Positions 12,797 through 24,162 of a stretch of DNA of 64,000 nt are shown here, one piece after another. This DNA comes from Stegostoma tigrinum (lineage: Eukaryota): positions 6,306,658 through 6,370,657 of the forward strand of contig NC_081394.1 of the NCBI RefSeq assembly GCF_030684315.1, given 5' to 3'. Below the pieces are notes generated by a model. It was not told the origin of the DNA. It saw only the letters and a list, made by a program, of their open reading frames with translations, and did no database searches. The first letter of the stretch is position 1, and each line of letters opens with the position of its first letter. The translations under genes and the position numbers were made by a program.

Positions 12797-14314
12797 GTGA
12801 GAGGGTTAATCTCTGATTAGTTGGTTTTACTCTAAACTCGCGAATCTGCTTCTTCTCCCTCTCTACTTCCTTTAAGTTGCTCTTTCCCACTGGCCTGTTT
12901 GACCAGTATGTCCTCGTGTGATAATGACTACACTGGATAAAATTCAAGTCAGGCAGCTCTTTTATTGGGATTGACTGGGAATGTCAGGAAGACCTTCTTC
13001 AAATAAATGTGGCGTGGGGTGTGGAATCTTGAACTCCATCCAAAACCAACACCCTCCCAACTGCAAGCAACTTCAATTCAAAATAAATGCAGACAGCACT
13101 GGGTGCTGTCAAAGTGGATTATGGGGGATAGTCGTGTTGGGTGGAGGTTCATGGTGGAAGCTGTTCATGGTGGATGTCTCTGCTCTGATGCAAAACAGGG
13201 GAATGTGTGGGGGAGCTCAGAGCCAGTGGGTAGGTGTGTTGGAACCATCAGGGTAGAGTATTTCAGGTCTTCCAGAAGGTCTGGCAGTTGGGGGATTCAG
13301 ACCATTGGCAGGTTGGGCATTAGGTCTGATTCCAGTGGTTCAGGACAGCAATAGGGAGGTCGTGACTCATTTTGAGTTGAGGGCATGTCTAGTTGGGTGG
13401 TGCGGTTGATGGGTAGGAGTGTCAGAATGGCTTTGGATTGGTGAGAAGTGGGATGGTGCCTGGTCAGAGGAGGAGTGATTGCCAGAAGTAGGGGTTCAGG
13501 TGAGGTGGAACTGGAGACTGTGTTGAGTTGCGATCAGTTTAATAGCTATCCAGGTGTTAGACTAGTTTTCTACTCGTCTGACATTTCCTGGCTGATTATG
13601 AACAAAGGCAAAGTGCTCCTCTGCGAAGCCTCTGACTTTAATGGGTTCTGACAGGGGAATTTCCAATCAGAATCTTCAATTTTCTGGACAAGTCCCATGG
13701 AGTCAGCTGCTTCTGGATTCTGCAGGGTCCTGACACACAATTCCCATCTGAAGGTTCTAATAACTAAATATCCATTGGAATACCTGGGCCAATGTACATT
13801 TAAGTGATACATAAATTACATCCAAAATAAAGGCTTGCATGAATATATTGCTAAGATCATGATAGAATACATTTATAGTCATTGTTGCACTTCATACATG
13901 TGGTAATTTTATGAGTGTACGAAGTGTGACTGTCAAGATCCCAGAAACAGCAATGTGATCATGAGGTGATAATAAGTTGTTTGAGAGCTCAGTTGATGTA
14001 AAGACAAAAATTGTGAGGTGGGGCACTAACGGCTCATTAGTGAAGGAAAACTGCTGTTTTATCTCAATCAGTCTGTATCGATGGCTCCAATTTCAAACTA
14101 CAACGTAGTTCCCTCTTAACCATCTTCTAAACTCCTCTCTTGGCTTGTGTCAAACCAATGGTTCAGGAAAAAGCCACCCCACCACCTTCTCAAGGGGCAA
14201 TAAGTGTCAACACTGCTCAAGGACAAAATGTTTAAAAATGGAATACAGCATTTCTCAAGATACATCAGACCATAATTCCAAACTACAGCGGAGTAATTAA
14301 TGGTTGTTTTATAG

Positions 14315-14411
14315 GGAGAGACTCTAACAAATGGAAAGTGGGATTGGGCATGACTGGAATCATGTTGAATGTTTTCCTGGCTGGAATATTAATCTTCCTG
14401 TATGTGCGAAA
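14315..14411 (+). CDS. Gene A transmembrane exon (97 nt)
   Basis: tttatag|GG AGA GAC... to CGA AA|gtaagt; GRDSNKWKVGLGMTGIMLNVFLAGILIFLYVRK. Confidence 0.9.
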
Positions 14412-14697
14412 GTAAGTGGAGATGCTTCGTTTGATTTACTCTAAGTTTTTACTTCCACTTTCATTGCCTCAGTCAATAACTGTTACTTTGGGGTGACGTA
14501 CCAGACATTTCTGTACGTGATTCCTATGTCCTCATGATCCAAAGCAGACCTTTTATTTGTTCTGCATCCAGATGAACAGCTATGAGTTATTGTAATCTGT
14601 AACATGCCTGATAGGGAGGTGAAAGTGGATCCAAACATGTAACTGTATCTGTGCTGCACTGAGTCTCTGATATACAATAACTACAGTGATATTGCAG

Positions 14698-14779
14698 GAG
14701 AAAGACAGCGACTGAGGAGACAGCATCAAAGACCAATGAGATTGAATTGACCTACAGTCAACTCTCTGTGAAACACCAG
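14698..14779 (+). CDS. Gene A cytoplasmic exon 1 with ITIM (82 nt)
   Basis: ttgcag|G AGA AAG... to CAG|gtacag; KRKTATEETASKTNEIELTYSQLSVKHQ; phase 2 to 0 bridges the TM and terminal exons. Confidence 0.85.
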
Positions 14780-15044
14780 GTACAGAAGCTGTTTATACTC
14801 ACTCCAATCAATTAATTTCAGGGAATAAACAGCACAGCACATTGCAATCATCAAGCCCAGGGATGTTCTCTCCACTAGTAATAACTTCTTAAAGCCGCCA
14901 AACAGTAACAGGACAGTGTATAGAGACAAGGACCAGAATGGACACATCAGATTAGAAAGGTTTGATGTTTGTGTGCAGCCAACATGGTTGAATATGCAAC
15001 GTGTCCCAGATTCCAAGAGAGACTACCCATGGATTCCCACTTGT

Positions 15045-15490
15045 AATGGCTCAGTCGGAAGCTCTCTCAGTTGCCCTTTTTCTGAGTCAGAAGGTCATGG
15101 ATTTGATAACTAACTGCACTAATTTAAACATAACCTAACGGTGCTGACATTTTGGGATGTTTGTTCTGGGGGAGTGCTGGACTGTCAGAGGGTCAGTACT
15201 AAGGATGCTGACCCTGTTCTGAAGAAGGGTCATTGGACTCAAAAAAAGTAAACTGCTTTCTCTTCACAGCTGCTGCCAGACCTCCTGAGTTGCTCCAATA
15301 ATTTCTTCTAGTGTTGTTTCAGACTTCCAGCATCGGCAGTTCTTTGTTTCACTGTTCAAAAGTTGGTTGATTTCACTGTTAATTGTGTTCTCGCTTGTGA
15401 GACCTTTTTGTGCACAAATTGCTTCTGCACATCCTACACTACAACAGTGAACACTTCTAAAAGGTTCTGGCTCTGAAGGGGTTTTTGAAC
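15045..15490 (+). mobile_element. DeuSINE (SacSINE1-like) remnant interrupted by a Penelope-derived fragment
   Basis: tRNA-like head ggctcagt...tctgagtcagaaggtcatgg, then ggagtgctggactgtcagagg and tail tgtgcacaaattg...cctacactacaacagtga; family assignment from recall. Confidence 0.55.
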
Positions 15491-16250
15491 TTTCCGCATG
15501 AGGGAAGAAGAGAGCTCAAATGCAGATTGGAGAGTCAAACTATAAAATTGTGTATTAGAGGTGAGAAACAGCAAAACAAGGGAAATAGCGAGAGAGAGAG
15601 AGGCACAAAGAAAGTGATGATGGAGGGTACAGAGAGAGAGGGAGATAGGGAGAGAGAGATGGAAAAGGTTAAATCCAATAAACCATGAGGCTATGTAATA
15701 ATTTAACCCAAGATGTGCCAGTGAGTTACGTATCTTCTGTTTCCATTTCTCTGACTGGAAGTCTGTGCTGTTAGATGATTAGATGATAAATTAAACCATT
15801 CCATCTGCCCTGTGCAGTGAGGAGTGCCGGGGTGGGTGGGAGGGGGGGGGGGGGGAGGTGGTGTTACACAGCCCACGGCCTCTACCTGGAAGAGAAGCAG
15901 TGAGCAGTTCTCGGTTAGCATCCTGGAGCCTTTCATTACCTTCCCCCTAAACAAAACAGAATACCTCACATCAATATTGTTTTCATTCGAATACTGCTGT
16001 TGGGAGATTTGTTGTATGCAAATTCGTTGCTGCAGTTGTTGATGTAATGTAGGAAACACTGTTCAAGTGTCGTGGGAGCATTCGGGACACACAGTCTCTG
16101 TGAACAATGAGCTCATCACTTTTGCCTTCAAGGTACAAGAAGGTTAAACCAAACACACCACGACTGACTCTCATTAGGCTGTGCAAGAATTTAAATCTAT
16201 CCGTGCCAGTAAATGATGCGAGAACATCTTCTGTTTCCATTTCTCCACAG

Positions 16251-16484
16251 GGTTCAGAGAACACGGTGGTTACCGACCTTCAGATCACAACCAGGGACAC
16301 AACTAGAGAGGGAGAGACATCAGGTCCCCAGGAAGTCTTTGGTGGTGGAGTGGGCGGAGATGCTGGCCACCAATATAGAATTAAAGACCTTCTCCAAGCC
16401 AACATCAACTTTCTTAAGCTACCCAGCGGTGATGAGACTGTGCAGAGGGACAAGGATACAGATTATGCACAGATCAGATTGTAG
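16251..16484 (+). CDS. Gene A terminal cytoplasmic exon with ITSM
   Basis: ttctccacag|GGT TCA... to TAG; ...DLLQANINFLKLP...DKDTDYAQIRL*, resembling CD33-related Siglec tails (ELHYASLNF...TEYSEI). Confidence 0.88.
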   Translation, partial: GSENTVVTDLQITTRDTTREGETSGPQEVFGGGVGGDAGHQYRIKDLLQANINFLKLPSGDETVQRDKDTDYAQIRL

Positions 16485-16859
16485 CCGAACTGAGAAAGAA
16501 ACAACGGCGGGGGCGGGGGGGGGGGGGGGGGGGGTTGTTGTTAGAGGTGTGCGCAGCCAAAATGATTGAACGACAATGAGGAAAAAAATGATGTTGCTCA
16601 AATTTTGTTGTTAGTGCTAAACACGCTTTGAAAATTCTGTGCCTTTTTCATGCTGTCAGAGATTTCACGAAGCTTACATAATTTTACATATACTAATTAT
16701 AGCAGTTGTGATGAAACTTCGCAAAATATGTTTTCACTATTTGGGAACTTTGGTTCTATAATGGATACATACAACAGCATAGTTATAACAGCAGCATATA
16801 ACAGAAGTGCTCTTCATAGCAGCCTCCAAAGCAGCAGCACTGTGAGAAAATGATCTGAA

Positions 16860-17860
16860 GATGGTGAAATTTGAATTCCAAATAAAATATGCCCAATGAT
16901 GATCATGTAACCATGGGCTGACTGGTCTGTTTTTTGCTCCTCTCTAATCGTCTTATAATTTAACCTCTGCTATTATCATAAAAACCCATCTGGCTCAACA
17001 ATGTCCTTTAGGGAAGGAAATGCACTGCAATATATGCAAATTCAAAACCAACAGCAATGCGAATGATTCTTAACTGACCTCTGAAATGGCCTAGCAAACT
17101 ACTCAGCTGTGTCAAACTGTGAAAACTTCTCAGAAAAGGAACCAGACAAGCACCAGGCACCAATCTAAACTCTGGAAGTTAGAACGGCAAAGTCCTCCTT
17201 ACCAACGTCAAAAAGGATGTGCCAAGATTTGAACTGATCCAGCAACTCAAGACTGGATATCCATGATGCACGTGTGGGTCATCAACAGCAGAATTGTACT
17301 CCAATACAATCTTCAACCTCATGGCCCAGCATATTGCCCAAACTAGCATTTAAATCAGGCCAGGAGATCAACCCTGACTCAGGGTTGCAAGTGGGTGTGC
17401 CAGGGGCAGCATCAGGCATGCCTAAAAATGGGGTGTTCACCAGGTGAAGCAGCAACACTGGAGAACACGAGCAGCAAATATTAAACAGTGCTGAAGCAAC
17501 AGGTCTGCAGTCCTGCCAAACCAAGTTCTGAATGGTGGTGGACAATTAAACAACTCTCTGGAGGAGAAGGCTCCACAAATATTTCATCTTGAACTAAGGG
17601 GAAGCCCTGCACATCAATGCAAAAAATAAAGACCAAAGCTTCTGCAGCAACCTTCATTCAACAGTGCCAACTGGATGATCTGTCTTAGTCTCCTCCTGAG
17701 GTTCCCCAGCATCACAGTGGCGCATCTTTCAGCTTGGTTTACTCCACTTAATATCAAGAAATGGCTGATGCCACTGGACACTGCAAAGACTATGGGCCTT
17801 CACAATATTCTGAAATTTTGCAGCATCTTGAGCTATTCCCACACATCTACAACAATGGCA
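16860..17860 (+). mobile_element. SINE remnant plus CR1/L2-like LINE fragments
   Basis: aatgtcctttagggaaggaaa and ctctgaaatggcctagcaa resemble 62290-62600; tggtggtggacaattaaacaact and ttccccagcatcacag resemble 36690-36900. Confidence 0.55.
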
Positions 17861-18724
17861 TCAAAGGAAAAGAATAGTAATTTACTTTCACTTGCATTTT
17901 TCCAAAATACATTGAAAATTGTTTAAGTCGCCATACTCCAGCACCTGTATTAACACAAATCATATATTGAAAAAATTAAGACAGGCTCACCTTTGTGAAA
18001 TTCACATTGGTTCCCAAAGTCAAGGAATAGACAAGGGCCACATTCTCCCCCGTTGCAGAACACCAAAGCCTAAAATTTCAGGTTGCACCACCATGCTGCC
18101 AAAGATGCTGCAGAAGCCACCTTAAGGACCCACCTCATTGCCGAGCTGCCGCTGAGGCAGATGACCAAGCTGGGCCATTGGAACCCCAACCGGAAGACAT
18201 CAAAAGACGCTGCCTCAAGGAATCCATGGCCAAGCCAACCTCATTGCTGAAGACTGTACTGGGCCACTGGAATCCCAAACTGGGCCCATCATGCTGCCAA
18301 AGACAATAAAGCCACTGAAGCAGACCAGCACACCACAGCAGCCACTATTGCTGCAGTGGCCATAGGATGGCCTACTGCCTCCACTCCTGCAGCATCCTTC
18401 CTCCACCAAAGGCGTTAAAAGCAGCAATATGGCAAATTTTATCTCAGCTTCCGCATCAAACTGCATATCAATAGCAACTTACACAGCCTCAGGATATCCA
18501 CAATTTGTTTTTAAAGCATAATTTTGAAATATCATTGGTGGATAGTGGGAAATGTGATATCTAAATTATGCCACAGCAAGATCCCATGTGACGATGAATG
18601 CAGCCATTTTATTTTGAGTAATGTTGCTTCAGGGTTAATTGCGTAGCGTGGAGAGCTCCCTTATCCTCTTTCATGGAATGATGAACAGTTACATTTAGGA
18701 GAATCTTCTAATGATCAATTGTTA

Positions 18725-19110
18725 TAGAACATAGAACATAGACTATTACAGCACAGTACAGGCCCTTCAGTCCTCGATGTTGTGCCGACCTGTCATACCA
18801 ATCTGACGCCCATCTAACCTACACTACTCCATGTACGTCCATATGCTTATCCAATGACGATTTAAATGTACCTAAAGTTGGCGAATCTACTACCGTTGCA
18901 GGCAAAGCGTTCCATGCCCTTACTACTCTCTGAGTAAAGAAACTACCTCTGACATCTGTCCTATATCTTTCACCCCTCAATTTAAAGCTATGCCCCTCGT
19001 GCTCACCGTCACCATCCTAGGAAAAAGGCACTCCCTATCCACCCTATCTAACCCTCTGATTATTTTATATGTCTCAATTAAGTCACCTCTCAACCTTCTT
19101 CTCTCTAACG
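18725..19110 (-). mobile_element. CR1 3' fragment
   Basis: SLERRRLRGDLIETYKIIRGLDRVD on the - strand; (atagaac)n tail. Confidence 0.9.
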
Positions 19111-19119
19111 AATTAAATA

Positions 19120-19836
19120 GAAAGGGACCCCATGACTCGATCACAAAAACAACACAACTTCTCCACCTTGGCCTGTCAGGAGTTCGAAACAGCGTTGGGT
19201 GCACAGGGAAAGCAGGGGGTTCTGAGGCCCATTGCTACTCGTGAAGTCTTCATTTTTGCTTGTCAGGAAGCCGAACAACTCATGGAGAGCCACAGTGGAC
19301 AATCGGATGCTCAATTGGAACATTCCTGCTTGTCCGTCCATGGACGATGCTGTGGCATCCCGTCGTCGCCAACCAATTATACTGCCCTGGGCATCTTGAA
19401 TGGCTTTTGGTCCATCCCCTTGAAATGACAGGACTAGTTCAAATTTACTTTCATGTTCAAGGGCCAGTAGTACACCACGACCTGTCTTTCCCAGGGTTTT
19501 CACAAAAGCCCTAATATCATCAGCCATTGCATGGCAAATTGTTTAAAGGGTTTCAGCAGACCCCACCAGCTGGTGCAATATGCGGCTGACCTGCTCCTAT
19601 TTATGAACACTCAGAAGCACTGCCTATTGCTGGTTGAATTGCTGGAGCTGCTGAGTGAGGAATGGTTCAAGGTGAATCCAAAGGCACAGATTGGCCAAAA
19701 AAAGTAAAATTCTTGGGGTTGACGGTGTGGGCAGGAGACACAGCCAAAGGTGAAGATCAGAGGAAGGCCATTCAGGAGCTGCCTGCTGCTACCACTGTCA
19801 AGGGGTTAAGATCCTTCCTGGGGCTCAGTGGGTAAT
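19120..19836 (+). mobile_element. Retroviral-type reverse transcriptase remnant (spuma/lokiretrovirus-like)
   Basis: SQKQH, KQGVLRP, VRKPNNSWRATVD, LNGFWSIPL, CLSQGFHKSP, VQYAADLLL, AQIGQKKVKFLG, KGLRSFLGL; stops and frameshifts. Confidence 0.85.
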
Positions 19837-20739
19837 CATACCGCTATTAAAGCAACATTGCGTTCAGGCTGTCCTTGCTTGTGGCCCCCTCCAGGAAAAC
19901 TCACCCCCTCCATCAATGGCCCCTAGGGCCATTCTGGTCTGCAAGTTCTCCTTTAGCCAACAGAATGCTGACTCACAGCTCTCATTCCGCTCCCAACTCA
20001 CCCCCTTACATAGGAGCTGGAGCAGGGGCAGTGCTGTGGCTCAAGGATTTATTAATTTTACTTTTTAATTTATTTAAAACAGCAAAACACATGATAGATT
20101 ACGTTGCATACATTACTGTCAACTAACTGATTTCTATGCGCAGCTTGCAAACTCACTAACTGCAGATTATCACAACACACGCAGCGTATCGTGTCAAGAC
20201 AAGCCAGACAAAGTGAGACGCAGAGACAGAGCGACAGCAAAAGGGAATTGGCGGGAAACAGGGTGTGAGAGAGAGACATACAAACAGAGAGAGAAGGAGA
20301 GAAAGACAACGAGACAGCAAGAGATAGCAATGGTTAAAGAGAAAAAGCAAGAGTTATAGAAAGAAATAAAGATGCAGAGACAAACAAACAGAAAGAGAGG
20401 GAATTGGAGAGAAAAAGGGACCGAGACAGACAGATAAGATGCATAGCGTGGGGAACAGGTAAACCGATGAATCCATGCTCCCTCTGCTGGACGCAGTGAG
20501 GAACTGAGACTTTTAAAAAAATTCGTTGACAGGATTATAGGTGTCACTGAAAGGATTCATTGCCAATCTGTAACTTATCATGAGAAGGTGCTGGTGAGCC
20601 GCCTTCTTCATCCCCTGTGATTACTTAACGAGAAATGCACAGAGATGTTAGGGAGAGTTCCAGGACTTTGACGCAGCAACACTGAATGAATAACCATATA
20701 TTTACAAGTCCGGATGGTGAATGCTTTACAGCGGAATGT

Positions 20740-21275
20740 TCTATGTAGCCCACAAAGAAATAGACACAACTGAGGTCCCTGCCCACAACTTGGAATATTC
20801 CTTATCCCATTCCTACTTCAGCCACCACCCACAACCCTTTCTCCAGTACACTAGAGACATGGTCAGTACTCTGTCCACTTCTCATCCTAGATTAGAAAAA
20901 TTAATCCATTTTGCTTCCCATTTCCATGCTGCTCTCACCTTCACATTGTCTATTGTTGGCTCCTCAACAGCTGCAACATTTCTGGGGGTAGGTTGGCCAC
21001 CAATATCTACTACAAACCCACCAACTCCCACAGCTATCTTGACTACACATCCTCACACCTTGCTTCCTGTAAAGATGCTATTTCATTCTCCCAGTTTCTC
21101 TGCATCTGTTGCATCTATTCCATTGAGGTCGACTTTGTAGAAGTCTACTTCTAAACTGTCCACCTTCTTCCTCAACCAAGGATTCTCCAACACTGTGGTT
21201 GAGTGGGCCAACAGCTGTGACTGACCCATCACCTGCACTTCAGCTCTCACTCCTTCTCTTCACTCCCACAAGTAT
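20740..21275 (+). mobile_element. Penelope RT remnant (5' part of an interrupted element)
   Basis: LEKLIHFASHFH..LTFT and NIYYKPTNSHSYLDYTSSH..SCKDAI.FSQF, motifs of the Penelope RT C-terminal region. Confidence 0.8.
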
Positions 21276-21284
21276 GGGAGTGGC

Positions 21285-21760
21285 TGACTTATCCACCAAC
21301 TGACTTACTAAAGAAGTGCAGAAAATTTAAGTGTACAATGTAATGTCAGAAGGCATTTGACAGCCTGAAAGCTGTAACCCCAGTGTTAGCCCCACCTAAT
21401 TATGGAAACCATTCAAGCTGACTTGATACAAGTGTTCTGGGTGTCAGTACTGTACTCTTGCAAGAAGATAACAAAAAGATAGAAAGACCTGTTAGCTATT
21501 TTTCAAGAAAATTGAATAATTGAAATATTCTACAATTGAGAAGGAGACCTTCATCTTGGCTTTGAAGTTACAAGATTGCAACAATTATATTGCTGGTAAT
21601 ATGTCTAAAACAATTGTATATATTGACCTTAACCCCTTCAAGGTTTTGGAAACTTTTAAGAATAAATGTTCCAGATTGTTTGGATGGAACTTATTATTGC
21701 AGCTATTCAATTTGAAAATTATACACATGGCCGAATGGAGAACATAATCGCCAACGCATC
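21285..21760 (+). mobile_element. Gypsy-type RT connection / RNase H remnant
   Basis: CQKAFDSLK, ERPVSYFSRKL, KYSTIEKE, IVYIDLNP, RLFGWNLLLQ; pol appears to end right after RNase H. Confidence 0.85.
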
Positions 21761-21943
21761 AGGATCTTGATGAAGACGAAAGCGTCCGGTGGTGGGACTA
21801 AAAACGTACTGAAATGAACTGTAGGAGTAAATTTTCATGGTTGGAGTCAAAATAATGTATGTGTACTGCTGTGAACTAATAGCATAAGACTAAGATTTTT
21901 AAAAATGAAGTCATCTTTGTATAGTTTTTTTTAAGTAGGCAGG

Positions 21944-22602
21944 TGTGATGATACTGTGGCTTTTAGAGGTATATTTTGTCCGAGAGACTGTGTGTGTGTG
22001 TGTGTGTGAGTGAGTGAGAGAGAGAGAGAGAGAGAGAGCGCAAGTCAGCCTACTTAGCGCCACCAAAATAAACATTTGTGAAGCCTTTAAGTATTTTAGT
22101 TTGAATGTTGGGACAATAGAAGCAACCTTAATGAGTGGGGTCAAGCTGTCATAGAACCAGGATTTTTAATTTTAGTTTCCAAGTAGTAACTGATGGAGTC
22201 TTGAAACTGGATGTGGAAATTCCCCCTCTCTCATTTACAGCTAAAAGCTGAGGATTCTCAGCCTGCTGCTAGAATCATGTGAGATAATTTGCTTCACTGA
22301 ATTTGCCTTTTGCCAAAAGGTGCATGTATGGAATGTTACTGTTTCAAAACATTCACTGTTTAGCAGTTAAATAATCGATTAGTCTGCTAAGTTTTCCAAT
22401 AAAGTTAAATTATTCAAGTTTCTTCTTTCTTTTGTTGTATTTTAACGCTAGTGTATGAATAATGTGTGTGTTGCTTCAAGGCTGACAGTTTAACCAATCA
22501 AATTGCATCCAGAATGCAACACCTGACACTTGCCTTTAAAATAAGTTTAAAAAAGGCTATCACCTTCATATATTTTGAGGGGGTTTGGTCTGATCCGTAA
22601 CA
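21944..22602 (+). mobile_element. Probable 3' LTR of the Gypsy remnant
   Basis: Purine tract aagtaggcagg then TGTGA...; ends TAACA where Penelope sequence resumes; contains AATAAA. Confidence 0.6.
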
Positions 22603-23720
22603 ACAACAATAAGGTCCCCCAGTCCTTACTTACCATCAGTAGAATCTGCATGACCTCCAGTGGGATTCTGCCACCAAAGGACACATATTCCTCTCCCTTC
22701 CCTTGTCAGCCTTCCACAGGACCATTCCCTCCCGGACACCCTGGTCCATTCCATCACTCCCAGCCCCCAACCCATTTCCCCTTGACCCGTTCCCAATAAC
22801 CCCACAATCACAGAAGATGTAAAGGCTGCATGTTCACTTCCTCCACCCTCATTATTTAAGGTTCCAGGCACTCCTTCCAGTTGAAACACCAGTTTACCTG
22901 CACTTCATTCAATATAGTCTACTATATACATTGAACACAATGTTATCTACTCTGTACTGGGAGATGAAACACAGACTGGATGACCGCACTGCAGAATACC
23001 TACATTTGATCTGCAAAATGACCCCATGTTTAATCTTGCTTGCTACTTCAACTCACGCCCATATTCCCTGGCCAACATTTCTGTCTCAGGCTTGCTACAG
23101 CGCTCCAGTGAAAAATTGCATCTCACTTTCCACTTCGGGCCTACAACCTTTAGGACTCAATATCGAGTTCACCCATTTTTCAACCTGAGCATCTTCTCTC
23201 ATCTCCTTATACCTACGCCCCACACACGAGACCGTCATTATTACATGGGCTGGCAGCACAAACAACCCACTGTCAGCTACTAGGAGCAAGTTACTTCAGA
23301 TGCAGGAATCTGTACTGAAAACAAACAATGCTGGAGATCACAATGGGTCAGGCAGCATCTATGAAGAGAAAGCAAGCTAATGTTTCGCAGCTGGATAGTT
23401 CTTCATCTGAACTTTGTATGCTGCCTGTCCCACTGTGATCTCCAGCATTTTTGGTTTCACCACTGTCAGCTCCTAATGGTTCCTTTCAGCAGCTATTTAT
23501 TATCCATTCCTTTATCTGCTCAGCTGTTGTTCTGTTTCTCTGGGCTCCATTTCATGCTTATTCCTCCCCTCTTCCCCCTGTGCCGCCTTCAGCATATACA
23601 TCAATCTTTTCCGAGATACAAACCGTTCTGAAGTAGGTCATTGGACCTGAAATGTTAACTATGTTTTCTCTCCATAGATACTGTAAGGTCTGCTGATGTT
23701 TTCCTGCAATTTCTGTTATA
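22603..23720 (+). mobile_element. Penelope GIY-YIG remnant and terminal repeats (3' part of the interrupted element)
   Basis: FTCTSFNIVY, LYWE..HRLDDRTAEYL, GLQPLGLNIEF; ends with ctgaagtaggtcattggacctgaaatgtta hammerhead-like end. Confidence 0.75.
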
Positions 23721-24029
23721 TACGATACACACTGCTGCCACTGTCCGTGTGAAGCAGAACACAATTATGTAAGAACCACCTTGGTTTCTGAGAGGAAACT
23801 GTGGTTCCCAAGTCAGTTTGAGTCATGTGAGGCTTGATTAGCAGTGTTGACATTGGCTGACCAGACGATTTGAAATATTTGGATTTTGACATATTATTCA
23901 ACCAAGTGTCACACAAAGGTGTCATGAGTCTCTGTGGACTGTAGGAAAATGTTAACATTGCATTCTAACAGCGTGGAAGCATGTGGTACGGCCCATCACG
24001 TCCATACCTACCTATCCCTGTAAGCCTGC

Positions 24030-24162
24030 ATTCCTGCACATTCATAACCTGCGCATCTTTGGATTGTGGGAGCACCCTGGGGAAACTCGGACATGAGGAG
24101 GCTGTCCACACAGAGAGTCGCCCAAGGGTACAACTGAACCTGGGTCCCTGGCACTGTGAAAA
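24030..24162 (-). mobile_element. V-SINE (HE1-like) fragment
   Basis: Reverse complement tcacagtgccagggacccaggttca...cttgggcgactctctgtgtgga...ctcccacaatccaaagatgcgcaggtta matches the recalled tRNA head plus V-domain. Confidence 0.7.

Larger units (their letters stand above)
1686..16484 (+). other. Gene A span: Siglec-like (MAG/CD33-related) inhibitory receptor, 3' portion (8 coding exons in window; leader and V-set exons presumed upstream)
   Basis: Eight exons with AG/GT boundaries join in frame (phases 1-1 x5, 1-2, 2-0, 0-stop) into Ig x5 - TM - cytoplasmic tail with ITIM and ITSM. Confidence 0.88.
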
